Positions 38,301 through 51,600 of a DNA stretch of 64,000 nt are shown here, piece by piece; the stretch's first letter is position 1, and each line of letters begins with the position of its first letter. Position numbers and translations under genes: made by a program. The DNA is from Lepidodermella squamata. Its lineage: Eukaryota; Animalia; Gastrotricha. A model generated the notes under the pieces. The model was not told where the DNA came from. It saw nothing but the letters and a program-made list of their open reading frames with translations, and made no database searches. The DNA lies in contig JBLDXI010000033.1 in assembly GCA_047495785.1 (NCBI GenBank), positions 2,356,001-2,420,000 of the forward strand, read 5' to 3'.

Positions 38301-41196
38301 GGCAGTGGTTCCAACAATAACAAGGGCCCAAGTGGTTCGAGTAATGGAGGATTCACGCAAAATAACAATCAGGGACGTGTTGATCTGTTTGGCAAAACCC
38401 AAGGAAGCCAAACTCAGTTCAACTACAACGTGAAATACCAGTATCAAATCTACTACAAAATCTATTATGGCTACAATAATAAGCAGCCCAGCAATGGTGG
38501 TAATCAAAATGGTGGTTCCTCATCTGGCCGTCCTGGGACCGGTACTGCAAAACCAAATATTAAAGTGGTGCGCCAACGGCAAAACATGCAGCAGCAGATT
38601 TTGTTAACCTACGTCGTGAAAAATAGCGCTAACAACATCCTACTAAGTGGCGGCATGGATTCAAACGGTAGAATTCGAGTTCCGATCGGTGGCTCGGTTG
38701 GAACAGGCAGCATTCAATTCCGAACGCCAGCGCCAAACAATATGAACACTCGCGGCAACGGGATAGATGGCGGGATGGTCAATGGTCAGTGGGTTAATGG
38801 ACAATGGGTGGCGTGGAACTCTACCAATTGGAGCACCAGGTCATACACAGATCGCAACCCTGCTTCCTCATCAACCACAAGCCAGAGAAGCTCTACGACA
38901 ATCCGAACATCTCCAGTTGCTTCGAGCTCGACGACTCAGCGAACCAATAGTCCAGGGAATGGAGCTTCATCGACTACTTCGAACCGGCCTTCATCGTCAA
39001 CTACAGCCATGCGAACCAGTTCCGTTAATGCAGCCGCCTCATCATCCACAACTAGACAAAGCAGTCCGAGTTCTACTATTTCAACCAGTGGAACAACATC
39101 AACTTCTAAACCTCCGAGCGCGTCGCCATCATCGTCTTCTACAATTTCGACAACAAAAACACCACAAGCCGCAACAGCAACAACAACGACAACAATCAAA
39201 GCCACTTCGTCATCGACTGTTTCGCAATCAGCTTCAACTTCGACTGCTAAGCCATCATCGTCTTCTACAATTTCGACTTCTACTTCTTCGACAACAAAAA
39301 CTCCACAAGCCGCAACAGCAACAACAACGACAACAATCAAAGCCACTTCGTCATCAACCGTTTCGCTATCAGCTTCAACCTCGACTGCTAAGCCGTCATC
39401 GACCGCAGCTACTGCTTCAGCTACCCTGTATGACTGCAACGCTAGCTCAAAGTATTTCAACCTGACTGGCTCAATGACGTGGGATGAGGGCAGCCAAAAA
39501 TGCAAGGCGGCTGGTGGCAGAATGGCCAGAGTTCGCTCAGCCGAGGAGCAAGCTGCAGTCGCCATCTTAGCTAGTGAGCTTGAGCCATGCTATTGAGTAT
39601 TGTCTTCAAATTATGTATTTTTAACAGAGCTGGGAAGTTCGACGTGGGGCTGCAACGGTTACTGGATCGGTGGCAGAGCGGCTGCTGGGAATTCGTCATA
39701 CTTCTGGGAGGAAGGCACGCCTTTCACCTACACAAACTGGGCATCGACGCCGGACAAGCAGCCTGACGGTTCTGGCTGCACCGCGGGCACTCCAACAGGT
39801 GTTTGTCTTCGAATCGCCTACGGAGGCGTTTGGGATGATATTTATTGCGCTACTGCTAACAAGATGCAAGGTGTCATTTGTGAAAAGTTCTGCAACAATG
39901 ATGCAGTTACTGCATCCAGTGCATCGACCAGTTCGACCGTTAAGGCCAGCTCGGCTACAACTACAACAACGACAACAACGAAATCATCCAGCCCTGTAAC
40001 ATCAACAAAACCAATCGAGACGACAACGAAGGCTTCTAGCTCAACCACTACTACTACTGCTACCACTACAAAAATTACTACGACTACCCCTACTACCACT
40101 ACAAGTACTACTTCTACTACCACCCCTACTACCACAACGAGAACAACTTCTACTACTACCCCGTCTACCACTACAAGAGCTACTTCTACTACTACTGCTA
40201 CCCCTACTACGACCACAAAAACAACCTCCACCACAACTAGCCCAACGACCACTACAACTACAACCACTACCCCTACTACGACCACAAAAACAACGTCAAC
40301 CACAACTAGCCCAACGACCACTACAACTACCGCTAAAGCGACGTCTACAACTACGACAACAGCACCAAAGACATCTAGCTCAACTACGACGAAGAGTTCG
40401 GGAAGTTCGACGACCAAGAAAAAATCGGGTGGATCTGATGATAATTCGAAAGAAGACAACTCAAAGGACGACAACTCCGGTGAGAGCAAGTCAAAGACCA
40501 CAGCAAAATCAGCAACTACTACTACGACAACAACAGCGAAGACTAGTACTGCGAGCACTGCGAAGTCAACAGCTGCAACTACTACAACGAAAGCAACCAC
40601 TGCTGCGCCAACAACGACAACTACGACCAAAGCAGCGACTACGACTACGACAGCTGCTACGGTTACGCTGTACGACTGCAACCCGAGCACCAAGTATTTC
40701 AACCTGACTGGTTCAATGACGTGGGACGAGGGCAGTCAGAAGTGCAAAGCTGCCGGCGGTCGCATGGCGCGGGTGTTGACGGCAGATGAGCAAACCGCAG
40801 TCGCTAATTTAGCTAGTAAGTCTTAGCTGAAAATATCTATTCTGTGATTTACATTTCGCTATTTCAGAACTCGGAAGTTCAACTTGGGGCTGTAACGGTT
40901 ACTGGATTGGTGGAAAGGCGACGTCGACTAACGCGACTTTCTTCTGGGAAGACGGCACGGCTTTCAGTTACACCAATTGGGCATCGACGCCTGACAAGCA
41001 GCCGTCGTACTCGGGCTGCAACTCCGGGAGTCCATCGGGTGTTTGCACCCGTATCGCCTACGGAGGCGTTTGGGACGACATTTACTGCGCGACCACCAAT
41101 AAAATGCAGGGAGTGATCTGCGAGAAGTACTGCAACAGTAGCGCAACGACGGCGAAGAGCTCTGGCACTACCACTACCCTGAGAACTCGCAGCTAA
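35311..41196 (+). CDS. Novel secreted proprotein, paralogue B, with (VAP)n insert, Gly/Asn-rich region, mucin tracts and two C-type lectin domains
   Basis: Signal peptide [17 protein letters not shown]. Shared core blocks with paralogue A. CTLDs with YWIGG, YTNW, WDD, GVICEK, each split by an intron at the same position. Ends TTTTLRTRS* at 41196. Confidence 0.85.
36478..36665 (+). repeat. 9-bp coding tandem repeat, (Val-Ala-Pro)n
   Basis: GTTGCGCCC-type units, about 18 copies. Confidence 0.9.
39125..39400 (+). repeat. Internal tandem duplication in the Ser/Thr mucin tract
   Basis: [44 protein letters not shown] occurs twice, nearly identical at DNA level. Confidence 0.85.
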
Positions 41197-42098
41197 TTCA
41201 AGACCCGGTTTCAAATTATTTAGATGGACTTTTTCGATATTACCCGATGCACTTTCTTTTTCTGCTGTTCTTGGCTGAAGAATAAAATTTAAAAAAAAAT
41301 AGACATTTCGTATTGTTTCATTTATTTTTTGCAGCATTGATTGACAAAACTGGCAGCACAAATGCAGTCACATACTCGAAAACGTACTCCATTATATTAT
41401 AATTAATTCTGAAAAGAACAGAAAAGTTATATCAACGACGACAAGAAGACGTGTAACATGAATCCGCGCAACGATTGCCCCAGCTCAATCACAAATAGAA
41501 GGGTTCGTATTGATCACGACAAAGAGAAACCAAAGCAAGTCATCTCTCGAGAGCAGTTCATAGACACATTCGTTAAATTTTTCACTAGAAGTCCGCTATA
41601 TAATAATACTATAGTATTTTTGCCTACGCTATATCGTTAGGCCATTCTCAGACACCAGACAATAATACGATTATTTCAGTGAATTCAGGCACATTATGTA
41701 ATAAGCCCATTTTTCATCATTACAGGGTTGCGAAAGACGACATACGATAAAATATAATATTCAGGCGGGTGGGTGGGTGGACAAAAATTGCACAAGCCAG
41801 GGTACACGGAGAGGCAGGTTTTCAGATACGCCCGGTCATGGTAGTTCTTTAATTTGATCGCACTCACTTCACAATTTGTTCGACGCGTTTTCAGTTCTAA
41901 AATCTGACTTGAAAAAGTAATTTGTTATAGTGCGAAAAAAATCATATCAAGGTTACATAGAATTCGAAGTAAAAAAACAAGCGTGGCCTAGCGTATAACG
42001 AAGATAAGCGGGCAAAAAACAAAATTCGATTTTTTGGATTTTAGTGGTGAAATCTCAACTCTTGGTTTTTTACGCATGACGTGAGTAGAAAAGAATCG

Positions 42099-45037
42099 TT
42101 ATTTGCGAACTGCCCAGGCATCGTCATCGTCGAACCCGGACGAAGCGGCGGCCGAACTGCCGAATGCACTCGCGAAACCGTCGTCTGAGAACGGATCGGG
42201 GCCGCTGCTCTTGAACGGGTCGGCGGCGGTACTCGAGGCGAATGGATCGTTCTTGGCAGTCGGAAAGGTCGCGGCGAAAGGGTCGGCTTTCCCTTGCGCA
42301 GGCGATTGGTAGTGCCCGGCCGAGTTCGGAATGGGGGTCATCGCCTTTTTGGGAGGTGGCGGCCGGGCCGGGGGAGGAGCGCCGCCTTTAGCAGCGGCCG
42401 CGGCGAGAGCTTCGAATGAGGCGTTGACAGGGGGTGCAGACACAGACCGAATGTGAGGATCCTGAAAAATCGGAAATGGTGAAATGAAAAAAGTTAAGGT
42501 GGGTACTTACGGCAGCAGCTGCATTGCCCCAGAAGAGATCGGTGATGAAGTCATCGCCGCCTGCAGTGGCGGTGGGAGGAGATTGGGGGGTCGAGGCTAG
42601 ATTACTGGAAGAGCCAGGGGCAGGGGGTCGCATCGGCGGAACTTTCGTCGCCGAGGGCACAGGGGCAGTCGAGGCGAACGGGTCGGGCTGAGGTTTCATC
42701 ACCAGCACCTGTAATAGCTGAGCGACACTGACGTCTGGGTCGAAGTTAGGCTCTGGCGCCGAGGCATCGTCGTTTAGAAGGCGATCATACGAATCAGTCG
42801 CATCCTGCAGCAATGTGCCCAATCTTTCCAAACACTTCAGCCGGTTTTGCAGCTCCTCGCACTGCCGGTTCAGATTCGCGGTTTCCGCCGCTTCTGCCTC
42901 GGCTAATTGACGCTGTTGCGCTACACTGGCCTCCATCTGCCTCTCCTGATTGCGAATCTGATCGACCTGCTGCCTCAACTCGACAAGGTCTTGTTGCTTT
43001 TCCTGAAAAATTATTGAAAAAACATTCAAAACCAGGCTGAAATTCGGAAAAATACATGCAATTAGTGTTAAGAAATGATATACTGACAACTACCATTTTT
43101 AGTCAATATGCTAAAGGGGGCATCTCAAACTCAAGGTATTATGTCAGTATTATTTAAATAAATACCAAATATTCCGCACTCTTTTCCTCTTCCTAGTATC
43201 ACGTCAAGTAAATTGCGAGCTCACGCGTATTATAGCAGGCGATTTGCAAGTAACTCACCTGAGATTTCGTTTGATAGTCGGTTATATTCTGTTGAATTTG
43301 CGCCGTTTCTTCCGCTTCTTGCTGCTTCTTTTCACGAACATCGTCGATGGCTCGTTGACAGCGATTCCTCTGCGCAAAGAGATAGAATGCAAGCATTTAA
43401 TCAAGCGCATAGCTTTATAAAATATTAAAATATGCGATATTTAAGAAGCTCAGTAAATTAGTTTTCGATCAAGTTAGATCAGCTGGATTAACAAAACCAT
43501 CATAGCAGAAACAACTAGCGCCCTGGTTCGAAAATTACCTGTTCATCTAAATCGTCCAGTCGCTTTTGGGCCTCTACTCGTTGTTGCTCAAGTTGTTGCA
43601 GAAGGTTTGTAAGCTGGTCAACTTCCCGCTGCAGCTGAGAGAGATCTGCATGGCACCTGTTAACTTCCGTTTGGTTCTGATCGATTTCACTCTCGGCCGC
43701 CAGGCGCTCCTTCCGAATGCCGTCGACTTCGGAGGAAAGTTCTTGCAACTCCTTGTTTTCAGGAAATTCAGACGAGGCAGCGGAGACGGGCGCAATGCCG
43801 GCAACGGGTGGCCGCATACTAGGCGGTATCATCTCAGGTGTCAGTTGAACAGGCAAATCGACCCCGCGAAGTCTCGCATTTGTCAAATACATTGCTAGGG
43901 CAAACTGTTCCGTATTCAATTTTCCAGCCCCGGTCGAATCACACAACTGCCAGATGTGGGCTAAAATAGCAGGGGGAAGTCCGGACTTCATGAAAATGTC
44001 ACGTGCTTCAGCCCCAGTGAGAAAGCCGGTTTTGTTGACGTCGGCCGCTAGGAATAACGCGTCATATTGCGCCTTTTCGGCCGGGGTGACAACCCATGGA
44101 ATTGCGACTGGTTGCACAGGAGCGGCTAGAACGGGAGCAAGGACAGGCGTTGGCATCAAAGCACCCAGATCTTGTTGACTAGACGTGGCCGGCATACCAC
44201 TTCCCGCCAGCACGACATTGACTTTTGACGGCGGAATGAGAGATGCCCCCAACACAGCTGGCAATGGCTGTTTTTCCATGGAAACTTTGTAGACCAGGTG
44301 CATGGCAAGGATGAACTCCTCCCGGTCGAGCGCGCCATCTCGGTCGATATCGGACAAATCCCAGATTTTGCCAAGAATGTCGACTGGCAGTCGAGATTTC
44401 ATGAAAACCTGCCGGCAAAGCGCGCCGGGTAGCACGCCATTGACCGGGCCGAGTGAATCGAAAACCTGGTTGTATTTGGCCTGCTCGCTGGATGAAACCT
44501 CCCAAGTACCAGACACGCCCACAGCATTGGACTCGGCAATTCTAGACGCCTCACCGAGATTCGGAGGCAGCACGTCGACACCCAAGTTCTCAACTGATGG
44601 CTCCAAACCCAACGAGCTTTGCGCGATTGCGATCAACTTTAAAGCCACGCAAAAATCATGGTAGTCCAGATAGCCTTTGGCGCCCTTGTCTGACTTGTCC
44701 CAGATCGCTGCCAGGACGTCTTGGCCGAGGTTTGACTGCTTAAGGAAAACAACGGCATCGATAGCCATCACCGTTCCAGTTTTCTTCGTATCGGCTTGCT
44801 GGAAGAGAGATTCGTATATGGCTCGATGAGACCCCACAATCTGCAAAGACATGATTAATATTAAAATCAGAATGCCTCAAATGAAGTCAGCTTAAAAATT
44901 TGACATGAAAGAATCAGCAGAATAATAAGTTGCATCATCAAAATTCAAATGGATTAACAAGAGCATCATTTTCAATTACAATTAACAAAATTTAAACTGA
45001 AGTCAATTACCGTGTTAATTGCTGGCCGTTCTGCCAT
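42099..45037 (-). CDS. EPS15: Epidermal growth factor receptor substrate 15-like (EPS15/EPS15L1)
   Basis: Three EH domains (LGKIWDLSDIDRDGALDREEF etc.), coiled coil, DPF repeats. First exon MAERPAINT (45037-45011). A further last exon ending ~41869 (SDFRTENASNKL*) is possible. Confidence 0.9.
43447..43507 (-). ncRNA. Intronic C/D-box snoRNA, copy 1 (LSU rRNA guide)
   Basis: ATGATG(G)-TTTTGTTAATCCAG-CTGA(D')...CTGA(D) in a 169-nt EPS15 intron; box D ~80 nt from the acceptor. Confidence 0.75.
44911..44974 (-). ncRNA. Intronic C/D-box snoRNA, copy 2
   Basis: ATGATG(C)-TCTTGTTAATCCAT-TTGA..TGATGA..CTGA with a GAA/TTC terminal stem, in the 170-nt EPS15 intron 1; box D ~73 nt from the acceptor. 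Confidence 0.75.
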
Positions 45038-45110
45038 GGTCAAATGAAAATAAATAACCCCTATATCGAAGAAAGAAGAACGGATTTAATAATTTAAATC
45101 ATAAAATCAA

Positions 45111-46081
45111 CTAAGCATGTTTCGCAATGTTCTCTGAGTGAACGTTTATCACAGCATCAACGATATATTTCTCGATTGGAGCAGAATTCTCGCGTTCAAT
45201 CGTGAGTTCGTAGCCACTGGGTGAGATCAAATATGCACGGTCGTAACGAGAAACCAGTTCATTTGCTACTACTCCATCGTGGTTGTAGCGAGAAAGAGCT
45301 CGGCGAGCTTTCTCCAATAACCGATTGTGATCAGTTTCCAACTTGAAAGAAATCAAAGTGCCACGCGCGCAGTACGCCGCCTTAATAAAGCCAAGAGGTT
45401 TAGGTACCTAAAAATGGGTTTTCAATACCATTACGTAGTAAGATAAGGGTAAACCTGGGAAAGAGTCAGAGTTAGCTTGCTATCGTCTGATGAAATTTTG
45501 TGCTCTGACATTTCACGCCACGGAACATAGTAATCGGACACCGCAGCGGCCAAATATAGCATTACCCTGCTCTCAAGTGACTGCGTCAATCGCGCCACTT
45601 CGATAAGGAGATACAAATATTCGGTCACAGTATTAAATGTAATCTCTAACAGCCTCGACTTGTATTTTTGGGCATTTTCCAAGGCAGCTTTTAGGGAAGA
45701 ATTGGGACAGAGGTCGCTATCAAAATTAGCCGCCATGAAATCGGTATCGACATTTTCAGTATCAATCGCCCGTATAAATGGCCGCTTGGAGCCCTTTCGG
45801 TGCAGAAATATCACATGGTATCGCCCAGTTTCGAGGAAATATTCGGTAGACAAGGCACCGCGAAGACCTGTTGAGAAGTTGTCGAGAAACCGAACTGATT
45901 TTTGCTCGAGGGGAACCAAAGTTCCGCCGGAAGTGACCACAACCAACCGAGCATCTGAAGTTTGGCTCAACATTTGAATGAATTCTCTGACTCGAGACAA
46001 CTCGGACGTCATATCAGTCTGAGCCACACCCCATCCGCTCGATGCGAAAAATTCGACCAACTCGCCGTTAGACTGATCCAT
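45111..46081 (-). CDS. PPCS: Phosphopantothenate--cysteine ligase
   Basis: [56 protein letters not shown]; one intron ~45408-45455. Confidence 0.93.
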
Positions 46082-46178
46082 CGGTTAAAAAAAAATAAAA
46101 CTCTATAAACGATGAGCATTATTTCGATGATGGAATATGTTAGATTTCATTATTTGTCATGAATTGCACAAAGTTTTA

Positions 46179-47564
46179 TCACTTCTCGAATTTTTCAATG
46201 AGAGGCAACGCGAATTTGGACCAGTTGCCGCGCCACCGGAATGTCGGCTCGTTGGAATGCTCACGAAGATGCCGTCGCATTTTATCGAAATCGCTCGGAT
46301 TAATTGAGACGTGGCACAGGTGACTGAAGAGATCGTCGGCCGAACGGAAAACCAGCCCGTTTTCTTCGTTGACCAACTCTGGCAGAGATTCGTAATCGCC
46401 GCGTGCTAAAACAGGCAGGCCAGCGCCAATCATGTCAACAACTTTCATCGGCAGGTCGAGACCGGAGGACGAATAGTGGCAGCAGACTCCAATATCAGCA
46501 GATCCCAACATCAGGGCGTAATCAGCAACGCTCAGCCAAGGGGCGATGAAGCTGATATGGCTCCATTCAGCTTTATCAGCCCGTTCTAGAAATTTCTCGC
46601 GAAGAGGACCTTTGCCAGTTACTACGACGACCAGGTTGGCGAGAGAAGCCGGTGAGGATTCTATGGCTTTATCGTACCGGTCGAGGGCATCGAAAAACTG
46701 CGTGAAATCTTCATCAGGGGTCCAAGATGTCGAGCTCACAACCAGCAGAGGCCGATTTTTCAATAAAACAGCATCCTTTGCGCCTGATGAAGCGGTGAAA
46801 GCTGTCTCCTTGGATGACTAGAAATAAATAATATTAAACTTGAGGAATTTTCAAGAAGGAACGTCTCACAATACCTTTCCGCGAAAGCAGGGATATTCTT
46901 TGCCCATTCGAGTGAAAAGGTCATGTTTCTGAGAAATTGTGGCTGGTTTGAAAACCTCCCGAGGTCTGTCATACACTGTGACTGCATCAATGCCCCAACG
47001 ATTCTTCAAATCACGTGCCATGGCCTCCGAAACGCAAAAACTAGCCGAGGCCAGATACCTGCCACAAAGCCGCTCAAGTAGTTTAGTAAACCATACGAAA
47101 GGATGGTATTTTGACACCGCCAGCGCGAGAAGCGAGTACGCATAGTTATGAAAATCAACGATAAGATAAATACGAAAAATCAAGGCGAAAAGGCCGCAAA
47201 TAGGCAGTGTCGGAAGAGCCGGCGGGTTTTGAACCAGGATCAACGAACATTTCCTAGCATTAACAACGAGCGACCACAACAGTAACCAAGCCAGCCAGAA
47301 AAATTTGAAAACATAGCCGATGAATCGCGGAACTTTTGACATCCAAGGCGGGGCCTCGGAAAGCGGGCAGATGTCGATGTTGACCTGAGATGAAAAATCC
47401 GCGGGTCTTTTGCCGTCTGGTAGGTAGGCTATGACTTTGACATTGTAGCCGGCCTCAGCTAAGCAAACGCAGTGATACCGCATACGCGGGCTGTGATTGA
47501 TATCGCCGAGAACTACGACGCAGACCGAGCAAGCTCGGACTCGTGAGCGAAAAAAATCCAGCAT
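46179..47564 (-). CDS. ALG1: Chitobiosyldiphosphodolichol beta-mannosyltransferase
   Basis: VVVLGDINHSPRMRYH, VQNPPALP, VSSTSWTPDEDF, SSSGLDLPMKVVDM. Start codon uncertain. Confidence 0.92.
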
Positions 47565-48678
47565 AAATTGATAAATTAAAAGCCTAAAAAAAGAAAAATA
47601 TGACAAATTTGTTAAAATTTTCTCGATTTGTTTTACTTTTCGCTGTGCAAACTTGCAACAGATAGATGTTACAATGAGAAAAAGAAAGCGAGAGGAAGAT
47701 TCGAGAGCGACAGGAAGCTGCGCCCGTAACAGCAAGAATACGATAGTCATCATCAGATTGATAGAATATAAGCTTTCATTACGACAATATGATTATTATA
47801 TTCTTACGATAATGTAGATAATGTTAATAAATGTTCATCTCATCTTCGATTTTACAACCAGAGCAGACACAAGAAAAACTTGCTGATTTGACTGCGACCG
47901 AGCTTTTGCACTTCAACAAAACAATGAATTTATTACAGCTCCAAGATGATGACGGTGACTGTATTTACATATCTCATGCACAACACTAAAAGAGATTACG
48001 ATCCAGCTAAAACTAATTTCAAATAGATAGATGTTCCAGCTTTGCAACAGCATGATTCATTATTGAAAGGAAAAAGCTACAGATCGAACAATATCCGGCT
48101 GAGAGAAGATGATGGCCAAAAACATAGAGGTATAAGCCTTGCGTGCTTGAATGTGTGACTATCGGAGTTATCACGAAATGATAATGAAATGGTACATTAA
48201 CGCGCGGAAGGTAAAATAAATAAGTAAATAGTAAGTCCAATATATATGTGTGTAAGTAATTGATATATATGGTTATTCAGAATGCTCAATGATGACAACG
48301 ATTCGGCTTTTTAATTATTCATTATTCCCGCAATAAAATAAAAAATATGTTACGTAGGGGCGGGCGCAGTGAAAAACGCAGGAGCACCTTGCTTGCTACT
48401 GATTATTACCAATATAACCGCCAATATTTTATCATTTTTTTAATGTTTTGTAACAAAACTCGAGAAGCCGTGTAATAAACAAGTGAGAAAGGTTGCCTGC
48501 TCCACCTTCTCCATAAATAATAGTTATATAACATTACGCCAAACAGAAACATATCAAGAGAGCTTTTGAATCATCGTTCGTTTTTTCCACAATTTTATGT
48601 CGAATATAAAGGTTTGGGTAGCAAAGTTTGTATTCTTCTGCAGTCGAGATTTAGGTAAATGGTTAGATTTCCTCGTAG

Positions 48679-51600
48679 TTAAACGTAAGCGAGTTGAGAT
48701 GGTCCATCCGGTTCGACATCGTACCGCCCAGACTTGAAGAGCTTGCGAAAGAGCGACATGCGATAGTGCGCGATGGAGACGAGGTCGAATTTGAGAGCAC
48801 TGAATAAATGGCCCTCGCCATCGAAGGTGACGCTGAGCGGAAGGTGCGGCGGGAACGACCGGGTAGTGTCTTTGAAGCGCAGATCAGCGTTGATGAGGAA
48901 GTCGGGTGACGACGCCGTCAGGTCGGGCAGTTGCCATGAGATTCGTCCTGACGCCGCGTCGAACTGGGTCGAGGTCGGCGTGGCAGTCACGCCTTCGAGA
49001 TTGTCGACGGTGAGAGAGACTGAAGGGTTTTTCAGAGGCACGGGGCACAACGATACGCCGCGGTGTCGCACGACCAGGTGCAGCGCCGCCGCTTTGCCAG
49101 GCGGGGCTTCACTGCCGACCGCCTGTTGCCACCGGTAAGACACGGCTAGAGGCGATGCGTGCATACAGTTTTCCGGGCGCAGTTCGTACTTCAGGATATC
49201 GATGTTAAAATGAGAATTATTGCGGTGAGCTTCGAACTGCTTAGCTAAATGCTCGGCTAAGGCGGTCATTTCGAAGCGATATGCTAGGGAATCTGCAAGC
49301 GGTGAGCTGCAAAAAATAAGAAAAATTAATTCAATAAAAATAAGTATAATTGATTTAGCTTACGGAATTTGAGCAACTAATTGGCGATAGTGGTGGACTT
49401 GATGTAATCCGCGAACGGGAGAGACGCGGAACATAAGCGGGTGGGGCAGCGTTTTAGAAGCATCGTTGCCGCGAGCGATGTCAGTCATCATGCGCGCGAA
49501 GCCGGCCGGAAATGACACAGTCAGTCGACCAGCCACTTTCAGCCCGCAGCACTGAGAGCTCTCCAGACCACGACACACTGCGTCGATTGTCTCTGAGAAA
49601 GATACAGCGATCGGAATTGCGGCGTTTTCGTTTTGCAAGTGGAGAGCTGCGTCGAAAGGGCTCGGCCCACGAGAAGTCGCAGTTATCACCACACTGTTAT
49701 TGCTTCCCATCAATTCGTTCGCCGGTGTTTGGCGCGATGGTGTGTTGTTAGCGAAGGACGGTGACGAAGCCTCTGTGCTAATGACCGGAATATTTGAAGT
49801 GGTCATCGGCGATTGTGAGACCGAAGTTTCGTCGCCTGAACTGCTGTGCGGTGGAGAAATAAACGCAGTCCCACTCGACGTGGCCTGCGGGGTGTGTGAC
49901 CTCGGCCTGATTATCGGCAGCGCACTGGTGCTCTGACTCATCTGCAGCGGCTTTTTCGGCATTGCTTCCTGAATTTCGTCGACTTCATCGTTAGAGGACG
50001 AAGCAGCAGCTCCATTGCTACCATTCCCATTCACCACTGTAGCTGGAGATGCGGCAAGATTTGACGTTATAGAGTTCGAGGTTGTTATCGAAACTTCCGG
50101 AATCGATGCCAATACAACCGACGCACTTTCAGGCTGACGACGTAAGGTAACTTTTTCCGTATTGGTTTGCGGATCTACCATAGTGAAACGAGTCCTGGCC
50201 GGCGGTGGTGGCGGCGGGCCTGTTCGCACCGCTGGGGGTGGTATGACTGGCGGGGTGGCCTTAGGAGGAGGAGATGCGACGCGGTCTCCCACTGGTGGGA
50301 AATTCAACGGCGACACCGGAGGCGAGGGAGGTTTCGGGGTTTGAGTTCGACGCTCAGCAACCGGGGGCGGCACATTCGATGAAGAAGGAGCAGGCAGAGG
50401 CAGGTCGGGGAAAGCAGAAAATAATGCTTGGATTTCTTGAGAGGTGGCTGGTGTAGTGGGCCTCATGGTACTAGGCACATTCGATGACATTGAAGTCGGG
50501 GTTGGAGAAACGTATAAAGGGTCGAAAGCTTTATTGATGTCTTCAGGAGTCATCGATGTCGATAAGGGAGATCGGTTGAGTTCGAACGATGACTGACTTC
50601 CAGTAACAAAAAAATGATTGTTCGAGCCGCTAGAAAAAATACATTGAACTATCTATCATATACCATCTCTTAAATAAATACCCCATTGAGACGGATTTCT
50701 TCATGGTCCTCTTTTGCTTCGGCTCGACCTGACCAACCGGGTTTAATGTAACATTGCGCATTATTTGTGTTATGTCTTCAACGGTGCCATATCCATTGTT
50801 GTTGGCTTCGTCCTTCTCTTTGATTTTAAGCTGCCGAAACGCTTGAACGCCATCGTCCGAGTCTGAATCGAAGCTATCGTCGTCGTCGTTTGCTGGCGCT
50901 CCAGCCTCACCGTTGTGATGGCCATTTGAGTCGAGATTCTGAAAACCTCCCGAGCTTGCTAAAGCATCCGTGCCTGGTTCAGGAGTTTCATTAGATATAG
51001 AGTCCCCATCGATGCCGGCGGGGTCAGACGGATTTTCGGCTTCGCTTGCTGCCGGCACGTCTTTCGAGGCACGCTTGTTCTGTTTACCCTTGCTCCGTGG
51101 TTTCACGATATTCCAAAAATCTAAGCGGCGTCGAGGTAACATGTTAGCACTAAATAAAAATGTAATTCAGCATAAACTTGCTGTTTAATGACGACGTGGT
51201 AGCGGCTGATGTTACTGCGGCCGCAGACTGGCGGTTTGGCGTTTCGAACGGAATTAAATCGGGCTGGGATAAAGCACCAGGTAGCGCTGGAGCTGCTAAC
51301 GGCGGTAGTTGTGAAAAGTCTGGTTCCTCAAATTCAACAGCAGCTGCAGGTACAAAACATAGAAAAACAACGGTTTAATAAGCCAGCCAATATATGCAAA
51401 TCGCCAAGCCATCGCCGCGTACGCTACGGTCTCGTAATGGCAGTAGGAAATGCAAGTAGAACAAACATAAATACACCATTTACAGGTTATGAAATAGTTT
51501 CTTCAATTTATGAATATGAGTGGTAAAACGTAGAAGCGTTACAGTCTTGGCCCAGAAAAAAAGCAACAGACACACAGATCGGTCAAAATTTACCTGGGAA

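Noticed and set aside
38936-40702. Val-rich minus-strand ORFs and Gln-rich alternative-frame ORFs
   Set aside because: Frame shadows of Thr/Ser mucin codons (ACN).
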